A stretch of 64,000 bases of DNA, from assembly GCF_009914755.1 (NCBI RefSeq), contig NC_060928.1; one strand, 5' to 3'. Of this stretch, positions 41,019 through 58,148 are shown piece after piece (the first letter of the stretch is position 1; each line of letters opens with the position of its first letter). The notes under the pieces are model-generated. The model had not been told where the DNA came from, did not search any database, and worked only from the letters and a program-made list of their open reading frames with translations. Origin of the DNA: the human T2T-CHM13v2.0 reference genome, Homo sapiens. Made by a program: the position numbers and the translations under genes.

Positions 41019-43317
41019 TGTATTAGTCCATTTTCACACTGCTGATAAAGACATACCCGAGACGGCAATTTAGAAAAGAAAGAGGCTTGTTGGACTTACA
41101 GTTCCACATGGCTGGGGAGGCCTCACAATCATGGAAGGAGGAGGAGCAAGACACATCTTACATGGGTGGCAGCAGGCAAAAAAGAGAGCTTGTGCAGGGA
41201 AATTTCCATTTTAAAAACCATCAGATCTCATGAGACCCATTCCCTATCATGAGAACAGCAGGGGAAAGGCCCGCCCCCATGATTCAGTCATCTCCCATTG
41301 GGCCCCTCCCACAACACATGGGAATTATGGGAGCTACAAGATGAGATGTGGGTGGGGACACAGAGCCAAGCCATATCATTCCACCCTTGACCCCTCCCAA
41401 ATCTCATATCTTCACATTTCAAAACCAATCATGCCTTCCCAACAGTCTGCCAAAGTCTCAACTCATTTCAGCATTAACTCAAAAGTCCACAGTCCAAAGT
41501 TGCATCCAAGACAAGGCAAGTCCCATCCACCTCTGAGCCTGTAAAATCAAAAGCAAGCTAGTTACTTCCTAGATACAATGGGGGTACAGACATTGGATAA
41601 ATACAACCAATCCAAATGGGAGACACTGGCCAAAACAAAGGGGCTACAAGGCTCATGCATGTCTGAAATCCAGTGGGGCAGTCAAATCTTAAAGCTCCAA
41701 AATGATCTCCTTTGACTCCATGTCTCATATCCAGGTCACTCTAATGCAAGAGGTGGGTTCCCATGGTCTTGGGCAGCTCTGCCCCTGTGGCTTTGCAGGG
41801 AACAGCCTTCCTCTTGGCTGTGTTCACAGGGCTGGCATTGAGTGTCTGCAGCTCTTCCAGGTGCATAGTGCAAGCTGTCAGTGGATCTACCATTCTGAGG
41901 TCTGGAGGATGGTGGCCCTCTTCTCACAGTTCCATTAGGCGGTGCCCCAGTAGGGACTCCATGTGGCAGCACCAACCCCACATATGCCTTCCACATTGCC
42001 CTAGCATAGGTTCTCCATGAGGACCCCACCCCTACAGCAAACTTCTGCCTGGGCATCCATGCATTTCCATACATCTGCTGAAATCTAGTCAGAGGTTCCC
42101 AAACCCCAATTTTTGACTTCTGTGCACTTGCAGGCTCAACACCACGTGGAAGCTGCCAAGGTTGGGGGCTTGCACCCTCTCAAGTTCCAGCCTGAGCTCT
42201 ATTTTGGCCCCTTTCAGCCATGGCTGTAGCAGCTGGGACGCAGGGCACCAAGTCCCTAGTCTGCACACAGCATGGAGATCCTCGGCCCAGCCCACAAAAC
42301 CACTTTTTCCTCCTGGGCCTCTGGACCTGTGATGGGAGGGGCTGCCATGAAAACCTCTGATATGCCCTGGAGACATTTGCCCCATTGTCTTGGGGATTAA
42401 CACTGGGCTCCTGGTTACTTATGAAATTTCTGCAGCAGGCTTGAATTTCTCCTCAGAAAATGGGATTTTTTTCATTTCTATCCCATTGTCAGGCTGCAAA
42501 TTTTTCAAAGTTTTATGCTTTGTTCCCTTTTAAAACTGAATGCCTTTAACAGCACCCAAGTCACCTCTTGCATGTTTTGCCACTTAGAAATTTCTTCCAC
42601 CAGATACCTTAAGTCATCTCTCTCAAGTTCAAAGTTCCACAAATCTTTAGGACAGGGGCAAAATGCTGCCAGTCTTTTTGCTAAAACATAACAGGAGTTA
42701 CCTTTGCTCCAGTTCCCAACAAGTTTCTCTTCTCCATCTGAGACCATCTCAGTCTGGATTTCATTGTCCATATCATTATCAGCACTTTAGTCAAAGCCAT
42801 TCATCAAGTCTTTAGGGAGTTCCAAACTTTCCCACATTATCCTGTCTTCTTCTGAGCACTCCAAACCATTCCAACCTTTGCCTGTTACCCAGTTCCAAAG
42901 TTGCTTCCACATTTTCAGGTATATTTTCAGCAATGCTCCACTCTACTGGTACCAATTTACTATTCTTACACTGCTGATGAAGACATACTCAAGACTGGGC
43001 AATTTAGAAAAGGAAGAGGTTTAATGGGCTTACAGTTCCACATGGCTGGGGAGGTTTCACAATCATGGCAGAAGGCAAAGAGGAGCAAGTGACATTTTAT
43101 GTGGATGGCAGCAGGCAAAAAAGGGAGCTTGTGCAGGAAAACTCCCACTTTTAAAACCATCAGATCTCACGAGACCCATTCACTATCATGAGAACAGCAT
43201 GGGAAAGACCCGCCCCCATGATCTAATCATATCCCACAGGGTCCCTCCCACAACACGTGGGGATCATGGGAGCTACAAGTTGAGATTTGGGTGGGGACAC
43301 AGAGCCAAACCATATCA
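41019..43317 (-). mobile_element. full-length THE1 (THE1C-like) MaLR: LTR 41019-41378, internal, LTR 42961-43317
   Basis: two THE1 LTRs and THE1-int with remnant ORF NWSKGNSCYVLAKRLAAFCPCP; perfect TSD tatgt at 41014-41018 and 43318-43322. Confidence 0.97.
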
Positions 43318-44392
43318 TATGTGTACCAAATGGCTTCAGTAGTAATCACAGTGGAATCAATGGGGATGAGATAAAGTTCAAATCTAATTTAACTCATGAC
43401 TCACCACATCAAAATTGTCAGTGTTAAAAAAGCAACTTGTGATTGCAATAAGGGAACACAACTTGTTCTCCTGGACACTTAATCACTTTCTCCTAAACAG
43501 CCCTAAGTCTTAACAAAACATAACAGGAGATAGATTCCCTCTAGATCCTTACACTGTGGCTTAGACGGCAGTTTGGGTATAAACATTTCTATGGTTAACT
43601 AAAGGGAGATCTCAAATTAGAGCATGGTGTAGATGTTCTCAGTAAAGCCTCGACTTATGGACATCAGTTAATTTTATGTATAGACTCGTCCTGTTCTGAT
43701 AAGCAGTCCAGCCTGTAAGTTCTAAATTTTATCAATTGTTTTTAGAAAAGTGCTATTCTTTACCAATATCCATTGTAAATCCTAGTTGTTGTTTCTATGT
43801 GCAAACTCTGGAATCATGCATGCAGGAAGGCTCTTCATCTATCACTGGAGTCTAAGGACTGTGGTTTCTTTGAAGCCTATGGGTTTCTGTCAGGATTTGT
43901 GTATATGTGAGCCATAGTGGTGATGCAGGTATTTAAATTTCCTTTCAGTGCGGGTCACTCTATATTTGAAGTCTAACCTGAAATGTCTTCACTGGCCACA
44001 GCACCATGACACTTTCTGAGTAATGGAAATCAAATACCAGGAAAAAACAATGGTGGGCAATATTATTTCAGTGCCTTCTGACCATACCATAATGAGGTAC
44101 ATTTGTGTTCCAGCTAGCATTATGAAGAAGACACTGGAATGTGCATAGTGTCTAGGTGCCCTTTCCCTAGAAATAGAAAAACTAGGGAAAATAACTGAAG
44201 AAATGATTTCAGAAATGGAGTCTGGACCCAGGTATAGGCAGAGAAGGAACATGTAATGAGGCTCACATTTCAGGGTTCAGGAAACAGTTTGTGATGCTCT
44301 GTAAGAGCAGCAAGAGGCATTCAGGTATAGAAGTAACATTCTAGATTCTCTGTTCCAGGATCAGTGCTAAGTTACCAGATAAAGTAGCTATA

Positions 44393-45157
<765 letters not shown>

Positions 45158-45476
45158 CTAGATATCACACAAGAACAAATCCCAAAGACAGAAGTAGAAC
45201 TCATATCAGGAAACAGGGTGGGCATCATGTGTACAACAAGCAGGCTAAGAGTAGGCAAGGATGGCTTTGAGCTGTTTGTCAAAGGGTGTGCTATTTTCCT
45301 AGTTTTTTAAAATAGTATTTTCCCTAATAATTTATTTTGAAAAGTTTTAAACCAACCGTTGGAAAAAAAATAGTTCAAGGAATACCCGTATTCTCTTCAC
45401 ATGAATTCACCAATCATTAATGATTTTGGAGGCCCTGTTTGCTTTCTTTCTCTTTATTGAAAAAATATTTTCTTCT

Positions 45477-45773
45477 GGCGAGGCACAGTGGCTCATGCCT
45501 GTAAATCCCAGCACTTTGGGAGGCCAAGGCAGGCGGATCACCTGAGGTCAGGAGTTTGAGACCAGCTTGACCAACATGCAGAAACCTCGTCTCTACTAAA
45601 AATACGAAATTAGCCCGGTGTGGTGGTGCATGCCTGTAATCCCAGCTACTCGGGAGGTTGAGGCAGGAGAATCACTTGAACTCAGGAGGCAGAGGTTTCA
45701 GTGAGCCAAGATCTGCCATTGCACTCCAGCCTGGGCAACAAGAGCAAAACTCCATCTCACAAAAAAAAAAAAA
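45477..45773 (+). mobile_element. AluSp-like
   Basis: tgaccaacatgcagaaacc, caacaagagcaaaactcc. Confidence 0.95.
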
Positions 45774-45962
45774 TATATATATGTATATATATATTTGTAT
45801 ATATAAATATATATAAATAATATATATAAAAATATATTATATATAAAAATATATTATATATAATTATATATTATATAATATATAATGATATATATTATAT
45901 AATATATAATGATATATATTATATAATATATAATAATGATATGTATTATATATATTATAATG
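45774..45962. repeat. AT-rich low-complexity expansion from the Alu tail
   Basis: (TA)n with repeated tatattatatataat(aat)ga units. Confidence 0.9.
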
Positions 45963-47755
45963 ATCACATTTAAGACATTTAACAAAGATGTCATAGTTGT
46001 GTCGAATTTACAACCCATGCTCAAATTTCCATGACTGTTCCTACAGTGTATTTTATGGCTATATTTTTTCAGTATTCAATCAATGGTCGGGCATTACATT
46101 TAGTTTATATCTTTTCAATCTTCTTTAATTTGGAAGTTTCCCTTCTCTGTTGGTCTTTTATGGCATTGACCTTTTGAAGAATCTAGATCACTTCCTTTGA
46201 AAAATGCCTGATGATTTGGATTTGTCTGAATGCTTCTTCATGATGAGATTCAGGTTAGCATTTTTGGTGGGCGTAATATATAGGTGGGGCTGCATCCTAA
46301 TCAGAGTGCCATGGACGAATCATGTAATGTCAGTGTGTCCCATTACCAATGAAGTTTAATCATTAGGTTAAGTTGGTGTCTTCCAGAGTTCTTCATTGCA
46401 AAGGCACCTTTCCCCTTACCTGTTGGGTGATATTTTGAGGTTATTTTAATACCCTGATTTTAAAAATTCACTCCCATTCACTTAATATGTTAGCATTGAT
46501 TGATTATTCTTCTGAATCAATTATTACATTGGTGGTTGAAAGCTGGAGATTTTCTAACTCTATAATTATTTTACATTTACTAGCTCTCATTCTTCTGTAA
46601 AAAAGACCTTTTCTTTCCCCAACTTTGGTGTTTTAGTATCATTACAGACTCATAGATTCTTGATTTTAGTTCAATATGTTACAATCTATTACTATCATTA
46701 TTCTTTTTAAAAATTGAAGTATACTTTGCATATAGTGCAGTGTCCAGATATTAGATATATGTCAGATGAGTTTGGACAAGCATACACATCCAGATAATTC
46801 ACACCCTTATCAAGATATGGAATATTTCCAACACCCCAGAAAGTTTCCTCAAGTTCCTTTCTAGTTAAGCACTGCACTAATTCTAGGCAATCACTTTCCC
46901 TTATTAATTTTATGGCTCAGATTATTTCAAATTTGGCCAATACGAACCTTTTACTCTGACTTCTGGGCCTTTTTGTCATGCTTCCATCCATTTTTGAGCA
47001 CTGCTTGCTTTCCTGAACACTCATCTTTTGACGTTACTTAGGTGTTTTTGCCATATTAGTGTTTATTTTAATGCAGCTAAATAATCATTTTTTTTTCATT
47101 GTAGCTGGATCTCCAATTATAGTTACAAAGCCTTTCCCCACAGGTAGTACCTGTATGGGTCCATCATTTACATTGAATTTCTTATGTATTTGTAGTTCAT
47201 TCTACTGAATATGCAGAAAGAAGCCACATTTATCATTTTCTCAAAGGTATTTCGGTTGTCCTAATGCCATTTGTCAAAAATTCCAGCTTTTCCTCAGTGA
47301 TTTGAGATGCCAGCTTTATTATACACTAAGCGTCCATGTGTACTGGGGCTGTTGTGCACTTTCTATTCCAGACCACTGGTTTTAATTTTACTTTGTCTTA
47401 TGTCAGGATAATAACCTTTATTTCTGATTGTTTCCCTTTGCCTGATATAATTTGCCTATCCCTTTTTTAGCATTTTGAAACAATTCATTTTAGATGTCTT
47501 TTATATTCACCATGCCTTGGCTTTTACTCTTTGAGCCAACTTGGAAACCTTTTTCTTTTAATAGATAAGTATGTTTATGCTTATCATCATGACCATTTGC
47601 TCCTAACTTTTTCTTATTCTTTCTTGTATTTACTATCAGTTTTATATTGTTTACTGTGCTTCTTTCTCTCTATTATCTGTTCTTTGCTTATTTTTCTTTT
47701 GTGTATTCCTTTCTGAATTAAAAAAATTTGTATGATTGTGCTAGTACATTATACT

Positions 47756-48120
47756 TTTTAAAATAATTTCAACTTTTATTTTAGATTCAGAGGGTACAAG
47801 TGCAGGTTTGTTACATGGGCATATCGCGTGATGCTGAGGTTTGGGGTACAACTGATTCTGTCACCCAGGTAGTGAGCATAGTACCCAATAGTAAGTTTTT
47901 CAACCCTTTCTCCCTTCTCTCCCTCCTACCTCTAGTTGTCTCCAGTGCCTATTGTTGCCATCTTTATGTCCATGAGTAACCAGTGTTTAGCTCCCCACTG
48001 ATAAGTGAGAACATGCAGTATTTGGTGTTTTGTTCCTGCGTTAATTTGCCTAGAATAAGGGACTCCAGCTACATCTGTGTTGCTGCAGAGGCCATGATTT
48101 CATTCTTTTTTATGGCTGTG
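47756..48120 (-). mobile_element. L1PA13-16-like 3' UTR fragment
   Basis: aacttttattttagattcagagggtacaagtgcaggtttgttacatggg...gtgagcatagtacccaatag. Confidence 0.9.
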
Positions 48121-48501
48121 CCTACTTGTTTTTGTTGACAAGTGATGGCTCTATAGTGAGGGAAGCAGGACACTTTGATGAAGTCACTTTAAAATTTCAT
48201 TTTCATACAATCATTTTGACTGAGAAGAACTTCACAGAGCAGTTTTGATGAGGCTGTATCAGAATGATTCTGTACAAATATAAAAATTTCAACATTTTAT
48301 TTTCAAAAGATATCCCTTTATTTTATCCTTATTCCATACCTTACAGGAAAATTTTCGCTTTCTCCTTTAAGAAATTATTTTATTCTTAAACTTTTAATGG
48401 CTGTGTTTTATTTATATTTTAAATCTTCGACATATTTTAAATTACATAAATAGTATATGCTTCTGAAGGCAAATTCAAAAAGTATAAAATGTATAAAGTT
48501 G

Positions 48502-48531
48502 TATATATATATAATATATATATATATATAT
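48502..48531. repeat. (TA)n microsatellite
   Basis: interrupted TA run. Confidence 0.85.
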
Positions 48532-49460
48532 ACACATGATAAGGAAGTAAAAATTATCTGATCCTCTCTATTCCCACATCCTAGTGTTCACTACCATTAG
48601 TAGTTTACTGCAACCATCCCAAGAATAGTCTGGGATTATTAATTAAGCAAACTTTTAGTTAAGTTCTCAGAGGATAAGTGACTAGGTCTTAGTGAGATGT
48701 TCTAATGCACTTGTATAAAAACAATATTAGGTTGGAATTTTGGCTAGTGCACTAAGATAATATATGCTGGGCTCCAAAGTGAGATGAGAAAAATCTTGAT
48801 GCAAAATTGTCAAAGGAGATGTCAAAAACCAATTTTTGTTATTTTTAAGCTCTTTAACTCACTCAAAAATATATAACATTTAGGAGAATTGAAGATTAAA
48901 TGGAAGATTTTTGGGAGGGAAATATTTATATGCTGTAACCCTTCTAACACATGGTGGGCAGGGTGGTGAAATCTGTGCCTTTACACTCATTCAAGAGAAA
49001 GGGACCTTGAAAAGACCATTTGGAGTGTCAAGTACTCTCTGGGAATAGCAGACTGGGGTCTGACTCCCACCTGAGAAGTTTAGTGGGTGAGGAGTCAAGT
49101 TTGATAAAGTGGATGATATGGACTTCATAAACTGAGTGGTTTTTCTCAAGCTGAAATAAAAATAATACTTTCATAATGAATAATATCACATTCATTGTTT
49201 AGAAATTACATACAGAAAATTCACTTTGAAAAAGAATTTTTGATATGTGAGAATTCATACTCTTAGTTCTGTTTGAAAATTCCAGGGTAAGATGAAATAA
49301 AAATGTATACACATACAAGCACATACCTAAATAATTTTAAATATAATGCCATTTTGTATCATATAATTTTTCTTCTTCATGAAATTTGCAAACCCATTTT
49401 GGAGAAAAAAAAAGTCAAATTACATTACAGGTCACTGAATTTTACATTTAAAATTGCTGA

Positions 49461-53040
<3,580 letters not shown>

Positions 53041-53829
53041 AAAAATTGCATTATATGGAAAAAATCTGTTAAAAGTTTTCAGAAAGAGTAGAATAATTCA
53101 CTACCATGGTAAATGTGCATTCATGATATTAATATATTAAAACTTTGATAACTAGATTGCAAAATATAAAATATTCTCTTGCTTTGGGTCTATACCAATC
53201 ATTTATGTTTGCTGTCTTTTATGTTTACTTTCCCACTTATTTGACATCAAGTCCTGGCCCATTATATTTAGAAACTAAGCTATCACTTTAAAAATATAGG
53301 CTCTGTGCTTGCCAGATGGCTTTGGAAGTTCTCACAGAAATGTTTTCATTGTCATAGTCCACTTCACAATCCCATCATGAATGAGATCATTAGGGAATGA
53401 CATCATTTTCAATACCTCCTAGATTATAATATTTAAAAAAAACCCCTCACCTTCTATTTGTTTCTCTTAAATAATCATGTCCTAAATGAATTAGGACATG
53501 GTTTCTAAATCACACACACACAAACACACAAGATAACATGAAATCATGTGACTAGAGGAATTTCTCAGGACATAGATAGTTGTGGGTGGTCATAAAGTGC
53601 TAAAGGCTTTAAAAAAATACTCTGGGAATATACTATACCAGGCCAACTGGAAGAGTCCACCAAGAGATGGCAGAGCAGATGAATTCAGAAAGGAAGTAAA
53701 AAAGCACCTAGGAGCTTTTCTGCATTCTTTACTCCTTTGAGAGACTATATAGAAAGTCACTGCTGTCTTTAAAAAGAGGGATTATATAATGAGAGCTTCA
53801 AATTCCTATTTATTTATTTGGTCATATAT

Positions 53830-54230
53830 ACATGCATATAGTCAACAAATATTTATGATATATATTCAATATGTAATAGGATAAGCACTAGAGATAGAGT
53901 TGGGAAGAAGTTAGATATGGTCTTTGCTCTTATGGAGCTAAAATGCTAGTTGGCAAGACAATCGACCAGTAACCAATTACAGGGATAATTTTAAATTTTC
54001 AAATGTTGTCAGTGTTATAAAGAAGTTCATGTTTCTATGAAAGTCTCTATCAGAAGGTCATAAGGAGATCTAGAGGGCCATGAAATCGTCCTTGGGCTCA
54101 GCTTTAAAAGACAATGAAGAATTAACTACAGGAGCAAGTTTGGTATGTGGTGTGTGGAAGAGACTGTTCCAGAGAGAAGAACCTCATGTACCATGTCTTT
54201 GAGACAGAAAACTACACTACTGTGGTAGTA
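53830..54230 (-). mobile_element. L2 3' fragment
   Basis: caacaaatattta...gcactagagatag...atggtctttgctcttatggagcta. Confidence 0.7.
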
Positions 54231-54341
54231 AGTTGATGGGACAGAACTCTGAAATTGGGGAGGAAAAAGCAGCTCTCTTTCACAAAAAAAATTCCCATCC
54301 ACCAGAAAAATATTTTTGGATAAAAATATTTTCTCCTTTAA

Positions 54342-54698
<357 letters not shown>

Positions 54699-55404
54699 TC
54701 AAGTCTGTCTCAGAGTGAATTGTTTTAGAAAGTAAACAACATCACCTTGTAACTTGGTTTTCAGGCAATGGTTTGGGAGAGAAAGGGGCTGCTGAGTGAG
54801 GGCCATGTGTAGAAATATGTGGCTTATCTACTCCAAACTTCAGATTGGCATTATAGTGAAGTCCATTTAAATATTCTATCCCAGTGCCCTGATAATGTTA
54901 GCTAATTCAACAAGGTGTAGTTACAGATGCCTGTTATATCCCAGCCACTGGCTGGCCTCGGAGGTCTTGGTGTGTCTTACTGCAGTGCCCGTATTGGTAA
55001 TGACAGCAATAACCATAGAGACACAAATGAACAGGAATGACAGAGATTTGGCTTCTGAACTTCTTCCTGTTTCTTGCTGGGTGGCCCTAGTCTTCCAGGT
55101 GTGTGTCAGAGATTGTTGCAAATAAGGGTAATTATAGTCACAGCTGCTCTGAGCTGGTCTGATTAAGATAGAATAGGTTTTCTTATGCAGAGAAATAGCT
55201 TCTAAAATGATGCCAACTAATGATAGAAATTTAAGACAAGACCCAATGCCATTTTTGAAATTATAGTTTATTTTTGAAGGTGAATAAATCATTTGCTTTT
55301 CTGGGAAAGTGTTATGAGTGTACAGTCTTATTTTTACTATTTTTTATGGGGGATGTTTGCATCATAGAGCATTCGAAAACATTGTTAAACTGCACTTTTG
55401 GCAG

Positions 55405-57568
55405 GTGGTGTTACTGTTCGCAATTATACATGATGCCCTTTTCTTATATACAGTTTATCTCTCCCAGCTTATTGCCACAGCAGTTCCCTGCTTCCTGTTG
55501 TGGAAGGTGTATGTTTCCCCTCCTTTTTGAATTTAACCATGTAATTTCTCTGGCCATTGCAATGTGAACAGCTATAACTATGCTACCTGCAATAAGAGGC
55601 TTTAAATGAAATTCTAAGGGTTAGCTTAGCATCTTGGTTTTCTTCTCAGCTCCATAAATGGGTGTGCTCCACACTTCAGCTTACGTGAGTAAAAAAACCT
55701 ATAGAGCTGAGTTAAGCAGAGCCCCCGTAGCTGCATACATCTAATAACTGCCTAGATGAAACACAAAACACAAACAAGAACAAAATGCCTGTTTTTGTAA
55801 GCCCTTGGGATTTCAAGATTGTTATGTAGAAGGCTGAACAGTATAGAATTTGATACTTAGAAGTGGAGTGTTATCATAATAAAAAACTTAAAATATATGG
55901 CATCGATTTTGGGGGCCAGAGACAGCTAGCAGTGAGAAAACTTATTAAAGGCTAGAAAATGGGTGACACATTTTATGCAGCAGCAAAATATTTTGGGCAA
56001 CACATGTATCATGTACTGAAGGCTTCCAGTAAAGAGGATTTGAAATGTTACTAATGTGAATTAGTTGTTAGAAACTGCATTTGATAATACAAGAAAAAGA
56101 ATGAGTACAAAAATAAGTGAGTTGTTTAACACAGGAGATGAAAAGAAGACTAAAGAGCTGAGAAACTCCAGGATTTGCAGGGCTGCAAAACCAAACTGTT
56201 TCTCATCTCTAACTGGTGAAATGATAAATATTTTGAGCTGCAAAGGCTAATTAAGACTCAGAATAAGACTCATTTTAGGGACAAAGACCAAGTTAATAGC
56301 CTGTGCACAAAACCTGATTGGATTAAGCCGTTTCTCAGTAAATCGTTCCAGTTGGACAAAATGGCTTGGGTGGGAAAAGAAAATCAAAGGAATAATCTCA
56401 TGAAGTCTGATAAGCTCAAATACCTGTAATCAAGTTTAGAGAGAGAGAGAGACAGATTTGTAAAAGAATAGAGAGTGAGTCTATTAGTATATAGAGGAGA
56501 ACAGATCAAATGGACATTAAAAAAGAGAAAAGTTAAAATTTTAAAAAGTTTTAATGCCAGGAGTATTGCCAAAAATAGAAGAGTGTGTGGCTTTTTATAG
56601 CTTAAAAAGTCTTGCCTACACTCAACTTTCTGAGGATAAGATAGTCAAAAAAGCTGCTCAGCCCAAGAAAGGAATATTTTATAACTTTTTTTAGATTTGG
56701 CAACGGAGGGCAAAGAACAAGGAAGAAAGAGGCTGGTGCCTGTAACCCTGGAGAATATTCTCTGGAAAGTTAATTCAAGTTGCAGACCCCTAATCAAAGA
56801 CTCTTAATCAAAGTAGTTTCCTCTATCCCCAAGGCCAGCACGTTTGCCCAGTGGGATTTCAGAACTGCTACCTACTATGAGTTTTCTGTTTTCCTTTTTT
56901 TTTTTAATTTCACATTCAAATCGGAATGTTTATGTGTTTATTCTGCCTCTTCTCTACCATTTTATGTTGGGTGCTTATGAAGAAGATAATTTGTTTACTT
57001 AGTTCATGTGTCCAGATCAAGATTTGCTATTTGGATCTGATGGCAATAAGATCATGAACTTTCAAGGCTGATGTTTGGATTTGTTGAAACTTTTAGGATG
57101 TCTTCCATGTGGCTGTAAGTAAATTTTGTGTGTACAGTGAACAAAGTGAGTATCTGTGACCAACAAAGGCAACCGAGGTGGATTGTATTTACAATTAACT
57201 CACTTCCTCCTTCTAAGCAGGAGAATTACATTATCACTGCTGATTGCATAATTTGGCCTTGGCCACGTGGCTTACTTTGTCCAGTGAAATGTAATGTATG
57301 CCACATATAAACAAAAGCTTTAAATGCAATGTCTTGTTTAAACTAGGCCTCTTGCTTTTCTTCTTTTCAAGTATTTATGAGAATGTCTTAGAAAGGGCTG
57401 CTTCTTTAGCCTGGGAGCAGGAATGGGGAGACACATAGAGCAGAGACAACCAGAGCCAGGAAGCTAACTCTTAGCCAGTGATGTGTAAAATCAGAAAAAA
57501 TTGAATGTTTATTTCTTAGGCCACTGAGATTTTGGATTAACTGTTATGCAGCAAAACTGACTGATACA
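55405..57568 (+). mobile_element. ancient two-LTR MLT1 (H/I/J-like) MaLR: LTR about 55405-55845, internal, LTR about 57175-57568
   Basis: both LTRs have aggctttaaatg/agctttaaatg and end ...gttatg...ctga..ata/ctgataca; internal begins gaatttgatacttagaagtggagtg (MaLR PBS-like). Confidence 0.7.
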
Positions 57569-57914
57569 GCACTTAAGAAATTAGGGATTTTTCAGGATTG
57601 ATGTGTTTAGCCTCATGAATTCAATCTTGATTTATAAACCTAAAGCACTTTTAAGAGTACCGATATAGACATGCATTGCTTCTTTTTAGAAGCTTGCATA
57701 TTCTCTTATCTTCATGTTTTTAAATATAAAATTTAATTTGTACCAAATCAATGGAAATTTAGATGCATTTTTGTTTCCTTAAAAGTCCTATAAATGTTGA
57801 TAATTTTGACATCATGCTGTTTTGGGTTTCATAATTGTATGATAGAAAGTATTTGGGGAGGAAAAATAATTTATTTTCCCTGAGTGTTCTGTAGGTGGAA
57901 ACAGACCATTTAGA

Positions 57915-58148
57915 TAATATTAATATATAAGACTTATCAGGTGCTCATAATGTCAACTATTGTGCTGCATGCTGCACATTTATTATCTTATTTATTACTG
58001 AAAACTGCTCCATGACAAAAAAGTTCTGTTGTTATTTCCCTAATGAAACTCAGAGAAATTGGTAATTTTTTTCAAGATCACACAGCTATTAAGGTGGTAG
58101 AGCTAGGATCTGAATCTAGAACTCAGACCCTTAACCCATACTGCCTCA
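57915..58148 (-). mobile_element. MIR
   Basis: atgaaactcagaga...caagatcacacagcta...ggtagagctaggatctgaatctag. Confidence 0.75.

Larger units (their letters stand above)
45325..47720 (-). mobile_element. mosaic of old L1MC/ME fragments
   Basis: tttattttgaaaagtttt...ttggatttgtctgaatgcttc...aaattgaagtatactttgcatatagt...tttgagatgccagctttattatacactaa. Confidence 0.6.
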
